A DNA stretch of 64,000 bases, from assembly GCA_965263165.1 (NCBI GenBank), contig OZ253584.1, positions 1,209,736-1,273,735 of the forward strand. Direction: 5' to 3'. The DNA comes from Dehalococcoidia bacterium. Its GTDB lineage: Bacteria > Chloroflexota > Dehalococcoidia > Lucifugimonadales > SAR202-VII-2. Under the pieces are notes generated by a model, which worked only from the letters and a program-made list of their open reading frames with translations, did not search any database and was not told the origin of the DNA. Positions 29,020 to 36,310 of the stretch are shown one piece after another (position 1 is the first letter of the stretch; each line of letters opens with the position of its first letter). The position numbers were made by a program, and so were the translations under genes.

Positions 29020-29940
29020 ATGGGCGAGGTTCGGAACGGCAATGGCCGGGCGCCCATGCTGGCGGTGGAGGGCCTCCGTTTTGGCTACAAGAACGCGCCT
29101 GTCCTAGCTGGAGTCGACTTGACCGTCGGCCCTGGTGAGACGGTGGGGGTCGTGGGTCCGAACGGCGCCGGCAAATCGACGCTGATCAGCCTAATCAGCG
29201 GCGCTCTTTCGACCGAGCAGGGACGCATCGCGATGGACGGCCGCGACGCCAGGCGGATGTCGCCGCGGGAGCGGGCCGGCATGGTTGCCGTCGTGCCGCA
29301 GAGCCCCGTGTTCCCCGGGAACTTCACGGCCCTGGACCTGGTGCTCATGGGCCGGACGCCGCACATGCGGTTGCTCCAGTGGGAGAGCGAGTCCGATGTG
29401 CGCCTGGCTCAACAGGCTATGGAGGAGACCGGCTGCCTGCCGCTGGCCGGCCGCAGAGTGGACAGCCTGTCCGGGGGAGAGCGGCAGCGGATCCTGGTGG
29501 CCCGCGCCCTGGTTCAGGAGGCGCCGTTGCTTCTGTTGGACGAGCCGACGGCCAATCTGGACCTGGCCCATCAGACGGGGATACTGGACCTGGCGCGTGA
29601 GGCGCAGGCGGGCAGGGGCGGCTCTGTGCTCATGGCCATCCACGATCTGTCGTTGGCGGCCCAGTACTGCGACCGCATCGCCTTCCTGCACCAGGGCCGG
29701 GTCTTCGTTGACGGAACGCCCGCCGAGGTGATCACCGAGGATACGGTCCGCTTGGTCTACGGCGCCGATGTCGCGGTGATTACGCATCCCATCGCGGGAA
29801 CGCCGGTCGTTTTGCCTGTGGCAAGGGTCGTGAATGGCCAAACGGCGCCCGGTCAGGGCGGGGGCAAGCAGTTGGCGCCCACGCGCAATGGCCGCGAGCC
29901 GGCGCAGGTTGAAGCGCGAGGAGCGCCCCCCGTACACTGA
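29020..29940 (+). CDS. btuD: ABC-transporter ATP-binding protein (BtuD/FecE type) with a C-terminal extension of about 50 aa
   Basis: Walker A GPNGAGKST, signature LSGGERQR, Walker B LLLLDEP. ATG 29020. The track ORF 28675.. is over-extended. Confidence 0.9.
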   Translation: MGEVRNGNGRAPMLAVEGLRFGYKNAPVLAGVDLTVGPGETVGVVGPNGAGKSTLISLISGALSTEQGRIAMDGRDARRMSPRERAGMVAVVPQSPVFPGNFTALDLVLMGRTPHMRLLQWESESDVRLAQQAMEETGCLPLAGRRVDSLSGGERQRILVARALVQEAPLLLLDEPTANLDLAHQTGILDLAREAQAGRGGSVLMAIHDLSLAAQYCDRIAFLHQGRVFVDGTPAEVITEDTVRLVYGADVAVITHPIAGTPVVLPVARVVNGQTAPGQGGGKQLAPTRNGREPAQVEARGAPPVH

Positions 29941-29986
29941 ACGAACGACTGTCGCAGTGAGGGAAGGGCCTTCGCGGAGGGCGTTA

Positions 29987-30451
29987 ATGCAAGAAGGACT
30001 TGAGGTTGATGGCTTGGTGGACAACGCGCGAACCTTCACGTTCGAGGCCATGGCTAAGTTGCCGGGCCAGATCGAGGACGTGTCGGCGGTGTCCGGGGGC
30101 AGGCAGGGTGGCGCCGTGACGCTAGCCGACCTGATTGGGGCATCGCAACCGCGCGAGGATGGCAGATACATAACGCTGCATGCCGACGACTACACCGCCA
30201 GCGTGCCTCTTTCGGCGGTGGCCGACCATGCCCTGCTCGTTTACCGGCTCAACGACGCGCCGCTGCCCGCCGCGAAGGGCGGCCCCGTCCGTTTTCTGAT
30301 CCCTGACGTGTCGGCGTGCGGCACTGACGAAGTGGACCAGTGCGCCAGCGTCAAGCATCTCCAGCGGATTACCGTCACGGCTGAGAGGGGGCAAGACTCC
30401 CGCCCCACGAGCCGCGTGCAGCATGTGGAGCTGCACACCAAGGAGAGGTAG
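29987..30451 (+). CDS. small molybdopterin-oxidoreductase-domain-like protein (sulfite-oxidase-fold fragment family)
   Basis: LEVDGLVDNARTFTFEAMAKLP...ITLHADDYTASVPLSAV..ALLVYRLNDAPLPAAKGGPVRFLIPD...VKHLQRITV matches the Oxidored_molyb pattern by eye. 154 aa from ATG 29987. Confidence 0.55.
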   Translation: MQEGLEVDGLVDNARTFTFEAMAKLPGQIEDVSAVSGGRQGGAVTLADLIGASQPREDGRYITLHADDYTASVPLSAVADHALLVYRLNDAPLPAAKGGPVRFLIPDVSACGTDEVDQCASVKHLQRITVTAERGQDSRPTSRVQHVELHTKER

Positions 30452-30585
30452 CGCCGCCCGCTCACTGGATAGCGGAGGCGCCCGCGCCTTCGCGTGAGCC
30501 GAGGGATCGCCGCAGGGCGGCGCGTAGGTAGCTACCATTGGGCGCCGCCTGCAGGGGCGGAAGTCTGGCGCAGAGGACGGAACCC

Positions 30586-31284
30586 ATGAAACGAGTGTGG
30601 GTGTTGCAACACGCCCAGGTGGAAACGCTGGGCATCATCGCCGAGGCCCTCGACTCCGTCGGGGCGGTACCGGAGTATGTTCCAACCTTCGACGGTGCCC
30701 CTGTCCCGCTAGACATGAGCGAGGCGGCGGGCGTCATCGCCATGGGCGGCCCGATGGGCGTCTATGAGCAGGAGACCTACCCGTTCCTCACCGGCGAGAT
30801 GCGTCTCTTGCGGCAGGCCGTGGAGGCGGGCAAGCCAGCGTTGGGCGTCTGCCTGGGGGGCCAACTCCTCGCTGGGGCGCTCGGGGCGCCGGTGAGCAGG
30901 GGGCGGACGGAAATTGGGTGGTTTCCCGTCACGTTGACAGGCGACGCCGGTGCCGACCCTCTCTGGCGGGACGCGCCATCGCCTTTCACCAGCCTTCTGT
31001 GGCACGGCGATGTCTTTGCGCTGCCGGAGGGCGCGGTGTCCCTGGCGGCGACGGAGTTGGTGGCGCCTCAGGCGTTTCGCTACGGCTCCAGCGCCTACGG
31101 CTTCCTCTTCCATATGGAATACACGGAGGACATGATCCGAGGCATGGTGGAGTCCTTCCCGGAGGAGCTGGAGTTGGCCGGCGTCAGCGGAGAGACGCTC
31201 CTGACTGACATTGGTCTCCATCTGGAGAAGCTGAACGCGTTGGGTGGAACCGTGTTCAGGCGGTGGGCGCGTCTGCTGGCCTAG
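30586..31284 (+). CDS. class I glutamine amidotransferase-like protein
   Basis: MKRVWVLQHAQVETLG...GKPALGVCLGGQLLA (nucleophile-elbow Cys)...FLFHME. Confidence 0.8.
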   Translation: MKRVWVLQHAQVETLGIIAEALDSVGAVPEYVPTFDGAPVPLDMSEAAGVIAMGGPMGVYEQETYPFLTGEMRLLRQAVEAGKPALGVCLGGQLLAGALGAPVSRGRTEIGWFPVTLTGDAGADPLWRDAPSPFTSLLWHGDVFALPEGAVSLAATELVAPQAFRYGSSAYGFLFHMEYTEDMIRGMVESFPEELELAGVSGETLLTDIGLHLEKLNALGGTVFRRWARLLA

Positions 31285-31422
31285 GCCAGCCACCCCCTCC
31301 ACTGAGAAGACGACTCTCGCTGGCGGGCTGACGCAGGGCGGCTGGGGAACCGAAAGCCCTTCACCCAACCTTGTTCGTCTGAGGGCATGGGACTATACTC
31401 CGGCCACCGCTGGGGAGGTGGA

Positions 31423-32511
31423 ATGATGCCCACGATTGACGCCGATGCCCACGTCGTAGAGAACGAACACACCTGGGACTACATGGACCCCTCGGACGGC
31501 CATCTCCGGCCCTACGTGGTCGCGCCCGAAACGCCCGGGCGCGGCAGCGGGAGATTCTGGCTCATCGACGGCAAGGTGCGCGGACTGCGCCAGGTGATCA
31601 ACGACGACAAGATGGCCGAACTCAAGAAGAACACGGGAAGGAACGTGGAAACGTCGAGGGCCACCCGGCAGATGGAAAACGTAGCGGCCCGCATCCAGCA
31701 CATGGACGAGTTGGGCATTGACATCCAGGTGCTGCAGCCGACCATATTTCTGGAACAGGTGGCCGACCGCGTGGAGGTTGAAGTGGCCCTGTGCAGGGCC
31801 TACAACCGCTGGCTCGCCGACATCTGGTCGCAGGGGAAGGGCCGCCTGCGCTGGGTGGCCGTGGTTCCCCTGCTGGCGATGGACGAGGCGCTGAGGGAGC
31901 TGCGGACGGCAGTCGGGAACGGGGCCTGCGGAGTGCTGATGCGGAGCCTGGAGGCCGAGAAGACGCTGCTGGATCCCTACTTCTTCCCGCTCTATGAAGA
32001 GGTCAGCCGGCTCGATATACCGGTAGTGGTGCACGTGGGCAACAACTCCGCAAGCATGGTTGACTTCTATCGCCGGGACCTGGGGCTGTCCAGATCGGGG
32101 TTCGTGGTCTTTCGCCTTCAGACCGTGGGGGCCTTCCATTCGCTGATCATCAGCGAGTTGCCAAAGCAGTTTCCCCGCCTGCGCTTCGCCTTCCTGGAGG
32201 CAGGGGCGCAATGGATGCCGTTTGCCATCCACGACCTGCGTAGACGTATGCTCGGGCGGCTGGGAACGCAGTTGAGCAATGACATCGTCAAGGAGAGCCG
32301 GATCTGGGTCGCCTGCGAAACCAACGACGACCTGCCCTACGTGCTCAAGTACTCCGGGGAGGACACGCTCGTCATCGGCACCGATTACGGCCACGCCGAC
32401 CAGTCCACGGAGATCGAGGCGCTGCGGACTCTCAGGGAGCAGGAGGCAATTCCCCCTGCCGTCATCGACAAGATCCTCGACGACAACCCGAGGGCCCTGT
32501 ACAACCTCTAA
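31423..32511 (+). CDS. amidohydrolase-2 family metal-dependent hydrolase/decarboxylase
   Basis: MMPTIDADAHVVE... (an HxH-type metal-site variant) and C-terminal GTDYGHADQS. ATG 31423 follows GGGGAGG. Confidence 0.8.
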   Translation: MMPTIDADAHVVENEHTWDYMDPSDGHLRPYVVAPETPGRGSGRFWLIDGKVRGLRQVINDDKMAELKKNTGRNVETSRATRQMENVAARIQHMDELGIDIQVLQPTIFLEQVADRVEVEVALCRAYNRWLADIWSQGKGRLRWVAVVPLLAMDEALRELRTAVGNGACGVLMRSLEAEKTLLDPYFFPLYEEVSRLDIPVVVHVGNNSASMVDFYRRDLGLSRSGFVVFRLQTVGAFHSLIISELPKQFPRLRFAFLEAGAQWMPFAIHDLRRRMLGRLGTQLSNDIVKESRIWVACETNDDLPYVLKYSGEDTLVIGTDYGHADQSTEIEALRTLREQEAIPPAVIDKILDDNPRALYNL

Positions 32512-32631
32512 GCGGGCCGCGTGAGCTTCAGACGGGGCGCACAACCTGAGCGGAGGAAAGAGGCAGGGCAGCTAGGCATCCTCTGAACAAGCCGCCAGAG
32601 AAACGCCGCGCCCCAAGCGCAGCCCGTAATC

Positions 32632-33848
32632 GAGACCTTTGCGTAATCCCCATTGATGCGCCGTTTGGTTGGAATGAGGGTTCTGGCGGGGATTGGGGGG
32701 CCTGATGGCGGCCTGCGGCCTGGCTCTCCTCCCCGGTCTCCCTGACTTCTCAGGGCTTCCCGGGCGCTTCCACCCCCTGCGGGCACACGCCGCCCCCGGC
32801 GGTCAGGCGGCATCCAGCAGAAGACGGTCAGCCCGCCGCAGGTTGTATGCCGCACACTTGAAGAACAGCTCCGTGGCGTTCCGCGCTAGCCCCATGTACC
32901 GCACCCGCCGGTAGCCGTAGGTCCGCTTCAGCGTCCCAAACACCTTCTCCACCGCCGACCGCTGCTGTGCTATCAGTGCGTTCCGCCGCTGCTCCCACGG
33001 CGGCAGCACCGGATGATGCTTGTCCGCCCGCCGCATGATCCGGTCCTTGATGCCCAGGGACTTGAGCCAGGCACTCCGCTGCTTCGACCCGTAGGCCTTG
33101 TCCGCATACACCGCCGCCTCATCTCCCCTCACCAACGCCTCCGCCACTTCCGTATCGTTCACGTTGGCCGGCGTCAGCACCGCCTCCCGGATCAGCCCTG
33201 ACCCTGCATCCACCCCCACGTGCGCCTTGTAGCCGAACTGCGACACCCCCCGCTGGCGCGTGAACCGCGCATCGGGGTCGGTCTCGCTCGGCGCTCCCGG
33301 CCGCCTCCCTCGCAGCGAAGGACGCTTCGCCTGCGCCTCCACGATGGTCGCATCGAGGAGCGTCCCCTTCTTCACGAAGAGGTTGCGCTGCGCCAATTGC
33401 CGGTCCATCTCCTTGAACAGTCGCGGGGCCAAACCCCGCTCCGTCACTTCCCTGCGGAAGCGGCTGATCGTCGAGTGGTCGGGGACGGCGTCCTCCAGGC
33501 CAAGCCCCACGAACCGCTTGAACGAGACCCGGTCCCACAGCGCTTCCTCGATCGCTTCGTCGGAAGCGTCATACCACTGCTGGAGCACCATGACCTTGAC
33601 CATCACCACCGGCGGATAGCTCGGACGGCCTGACGGGGCGGCATAGATGCCCTTGACCACGTTGGCCAACTCCTTCCAGTCCAGCATCGCCTCGAGCCGC
33701 TCCAACTTCCCGTTCCGTCCGACTCGGTCCGGGAGAAGCACCTCAATGAACGACTGTCCACGTATCGTCCGGTGCATGGCTTCCCCTCCTTGGCGTTGGC
33801 TCTCCGTGCTGATTGTGCCTGACCAGAAAGAGGTTATGCAAAGGTCTC
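32632..33848 (-). mobile_element. IS5-family insertion sequence (about 1.2 kb)
   Basis: 15-bp terminal inverted repeats: GAGACCTTTGCGTAA (32632-46) versus the reverse complement of 33834-48, GAGACCTTTGCATAA (14/15). Flanked by the direct repeat GTAATC (32626-31 and 33849-54). Encloses a single transposase gene. Confidence 0.8.
32803..33777 (-). CDS. IS5-family DDE transposase
   Basis: 324 aa from MHRTIRGQSF.... Contains GRPSYPPVVMVKVMVLQQWY, DHSTISRFR, LLDATIVEA, GYKAHVGVD and VYADKAYG. Confidence 0.9.
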   Translation of the reverse strand: MHRTIRGQSFIEVLLPDRVGRNGKLERLEAMLDWKELANVVKGIYAAPSGRPSYPPVVMVKVMVLQQWYDASDEAIEEALWDRVSFKRFVGLGLEDAVPDHSTISRFRREVTERGLAPRLFKEMDRQLAQRNLFVKKGTLLDATIVEAQAKRPSLRGRRPGAPSETDPDARFTRQRGVSQFGYKAHVGVDAGSGLIREAVLTPANVNDTEVAEALVRGDEAAVYADKAYGSKQRSAWLKSLGIKDRIMRRADKHHPVLPPWEQRRNALIAQQRSAVEKVFGTLKRTYGYRRVRYMGLARNATELFFKCAAYNLRRADRLLLDAA

Positions 33849-34078
33849 GTAATCGGGGCAAGCCTCCCTCTTCCCACCCTCGTACTTGGAGGCGGCTCTG
33901 TCCCTGCCCCGTAGTCGGGGGCAGGTTAGGAAGGGGAGCCTGTCTCACAAGAGAGCGCAGGGCTGGATGTGTGCGGGTCTGTGCAGGACTGGTGTGTGGG
34001 TTGGACAGGCGAGCAGGCTATCCGAGGGGAATTATATCGAATTTTAGCCAGATTGCCCAGATGCGCCCGAAAAAACGC

Positions 34079-34107
34079 TTGACAACCATGGGCGCAGAGT
34101 GTAAAAT
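34079..34107 (+). promoter_or_regulatory. near-consensus sigma-70 promoter just inside IRL
   Basis: TTGACA, 17 nt, TAAAAT. It sits 27 nt upstream of ATG 34134, in an AT-rich patch. Confidence 0.6.
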
Positions 34108-34133
34108 GATCCCATAAAGCACAGGGGGAACGC

Positions 34134-34379
34134 ATGAGTGCATATGGATACATGGAGACAGGGCAGGGCGAGCCGGAGAGCGCAGGGACTCGGGGCATGG
34201 TCCAGGTCAGCATCTCCACCCCTTGGGGTCAGAAGAACCGGAAGCATTTCGACCACGCAGTAGCGGTTATCCGGGGCCTGGGCGGGTACTGGACGGGGCG
34301 AGTGTGGGAGATGGGAGCAGAGGACGCTGAGGTGCTGAAACAGCGAGTCCGCAGCGCCGTAACGGTAACAGTCAGCTAG
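34134..34379 (+). CDS. hypothetical protein (IS passenger 1, 81 aa)
   Basis: ORF with AGGGGGA upstream of the ATG. First gene after the internal promoter. No family recognised. Confidence 0.5.
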   Translation: MSAYGYMETGQGEPESAGTRGMVQVSISTPWGQKNRKHFDHAVAVIRGLGGYWTGRVWEMGAEDAEVLKQRVRSAVTVTVS

Positions 34380-34403
34380 TCGCAAAAAAGGAGGAGGGAG
34401 ACC

Positions 34404-34625
34404 ATGAGCAACTACTACGCAGCGATAGGGAGTGTACGGGGATGGTGTGGACACCGTCACCAGACCGAGGCAACAGCTGAGCGGTGCGCCGACAAGGACC
34501 AGAGGGACGTGAAGCACGGACACGGCGGACACGCCTACAGCGATATGCGTGTCTACGAGGTCGAGGAAGGATACCACCCCAACGGTATCTACAATCGACA
34601 GCTGAGCGTCTCGCGCGATAGATAA
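34404..34625 (+). CDS. hypothetical protein (IS passenger 2, 73 aa, His/Cys-containing)
   Basis: GGAGGAGGGAG upstream of the ATG. Contains WCGHRHQTEATAERC. No family recognised. Confidence 0.5.
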   Translation: MSNYYAAIGSVRGWCGHRHQTEATAERCADKDQRDVKHGHGGHAYSDMRVYEVEEGYHPNGIYNRQLSVSRDR

Positions 34626-34651
34626 GCAGAGAGGGTAATCGGAGACAGCGA

Positions 34652-35617
34652 ATGACACAGACAGGGCCGGGCAAATCCTACCGTCAAGGCATCAACCTCT
34701 TGGAGATCGTCAAGCGTTTCGACTCCGAGGAAAAGGCCGAGGTGTGGTTCGTAGCGCAACGTTGGCCGCACGGCGTGGCTTGCCCGGACTGCGGCTCGGT
34801 CAATGTCGCTACGGTTGCCAGCCGCAAGCCCCAGCCCTTCCGTTGCCGCGATTGCCGCAAGTGCTTCTCGGTCAAGTCAGGGACCGTCCTGCATAGCAGC
34901 AACATCCCGCTCAACAAGTGGGCCATCGCCTTCTACCTCTACATGACAAACCTCAAGGGCGTCTCCAGCATGAAGTTGCACCGCGACCTGGGCATCACGC
35001 AGAAATCGGCATGGCACATGGCGCACCGCATCCGCGAGACTCTAGCGGCCACTGGCGGCAAGTTCGCCGGGCCGGTCGAAGTGGACGAAACGTACATCGG
35101 CGGCAAGGAAGCCAACAAGCACGAGTCGAAGAAGCTCCACGCAGGACGCGGGCCAGTCGGCAAGACGGCTGTAGTCGGCATGAAGGACCGCGATACCGGC
35201 CAGATCGCCAGCCAGGTAGTAGAGTCCACGGACGCGCCTACGCTACAGGGATTCGTCCGCCGTCACACCGAGCGCGATGCTACGGTCTACACCGACGATG
35301 CACAGGCTTACGTCGGCCTACCCAGGCCCCACGAAGCGGTCAAACACAGCGTCTCGGAGTATGTGCGAGGGATGGCCCACACGAACGGCATGGAGTCGCA
35401 TTGGGCGGCTCTCAAGCGGGGCTACGACGGGGTATATCACCACATGTCGGCCAAGCACCTGCCTCGGTACGTCGTCGAATTCGAGGGCCGCCACAATCGG
35501 AGGCCCCTGGACACCGCCGACCAAATGGCAAACATGGTCAAGGGCGCGGACGGCAAGCAGCTCCGATATTCCGACCTGATAGGCCCCAAGCCCACAATCC
35601 AGCCTGCGATGTTCTAG
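34652..35617 (+). CDS. IS1595-family transposase
   Basis: N-terminal zinc ribbon CPDCGS...FRCRDCRKCFSVKSGT and DDE domain VEVDETYIGGK...VYTDDAQAY...HTNGMESHWAALKR. Confidence 0.9.
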   Translation: MTQTGPGKSYRQGINLLEIVKRFDSEEKAEVWFVAQRWPHGVACPDCGSVNVATVASRKPQPFRCRDCRKCFSVKSGTVLHSSNIPLNKWAIAFYLYMTNLKGVSSMKLHRDLGITQKSAWHMAHRIRETLAATGGKFAGPVEVDETYIGGKEANKHESKKLHAGRGPVGKTAVVGMKDRDTGQIASQVVESTDAPTLQGFVRRHTERDATVYTDDAQAYVGLPRPHEAVKHSVSEYVRGMAHTNGMESHWAALKRGYDGVYHHMSAKHLPRYVVEFEGRHNRRPLDTADQMANMVKGADGKQLRYSDLIGPKPTIQPAMF

Positions 35618-35628
35618 GAGGGCAACCA

Positions 35629-35880
35629 ATGCCACGCCGGAAGAAAGAGCGGGGGCGCCCGATGCGGACGGGCTACCCGCCGCGCATGGAAGGGACGGCA
35701 GAGGAACTTGCCCAGGCTATGCTATCCCTACCCGCCGACCATCAGTGGGAATATGAGAAGGGCAGCAATCCCAGCCGCATGATCTATCGGTGCGCGGACT
35801 GCAACCGCGAGGTCTACTACCCTGAGACGCTGTACCGAGACGGACGCTGCGAAAGCTGCCACGAGGCCGCCACCGCGTAG
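35629..35880 (+). CDS. hypothetical small zinc-ribbon protein (IS passenger 3, 83 aa)
   Basis: AGGAGG lies 7 nt upstream of ATG 35629. Basic N-terminus RRKKERGRP; CADCNREV...CESCH. Ends 18 nt before IRR. Confidence 0.5.
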   Translation: MPRRKKERGRPMRTGYPPRMEGTAEELAQAMLSLPADHQWEYEKGSNPSRMIYRCADCNREVYYPETLYRDGRCESCHEAATA

Positions 35881-35928
35881 GTGGAATCAAACGAGTTGGC
35901 TAAGATTGTATATAATTCCCTATCCGAG

Positions 35929-36290
35929 GGTGAGGGCCATGCTTGAGAGGCCCGGCCCCAAGGGGTAAGGCCGAAGAAGGACCGCCTCCACGCCTTCTGC
36001 AGGGTGCGCAGGTTGAACGCCACCGCCAGCAGCGACCACTCGCTGCGGACGGCCTCGACCCCGCGCACCAGGAAGCGGCGCGCCCCCTGTTGCTCCTTTA
36101 CGATGCCGAACACCGGCTCCACGAGCTGTTTGCGCAGGCGGTAGGCGGCCCGGGCCTCCGGCGTCTCCATCCAGCGGCGGTGGGACTGGAGCGCAGCATC
36201 GTGGAGCGACACCTCGATCCGGCGACCTTTCTTGATCGTCGTGCAGAGGCCGCAGGCGGCGCAGGCGCCGCACGGGGCTCGCGCTACCCT
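35929..36290 (-). pseudogene. 5'-truncated IS1182-like transposase relic (C-terminal ~120 codons), interrupted by the IS1595-family element
   Basis: CGACAACGLCTT...GRRIEV...AAYRLRKQLVEPVFGIVKEQQGARRFLVRGVEAVRSEWSLLAVAFNLRTL matches the IS1182-type C-terminal pattern as I recall it. The frame resumes at 34018 and reaches a stop at 33945-47 once the insertion and one TSD copy are removed. Confidence 0.6.
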
Positions 36291-36310
36291 TGACGTGAGG
36301 GAACCCCCGC

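Larger units (their letters stand above)
34027..35920 (+). mobile_element. IS1595-family element (1,894 bp) carrying passenger ORFs
   Basis: IRL is GGGAATTATATCGAATTTTAGCC (34027-49). The reverse complement of IRR (35898-920) is GGGAATTATATACAATCTTAGCC (20/23). Perfect 8-bp target duplication TATCCGAG at 34019-26 and 35921-28. Confidence 0.85.

Noticed and set aside
34918-35880. 320-aa ORF overlapping the IS1595 transposase in another frame
   Set aside because: Its Arg/Gly-rich translation overlaps a clearly real transposase. Only its last 83 codons, from ATG 35629 with an AGGAGG SD downstream of the transposase stop, look like a gene.
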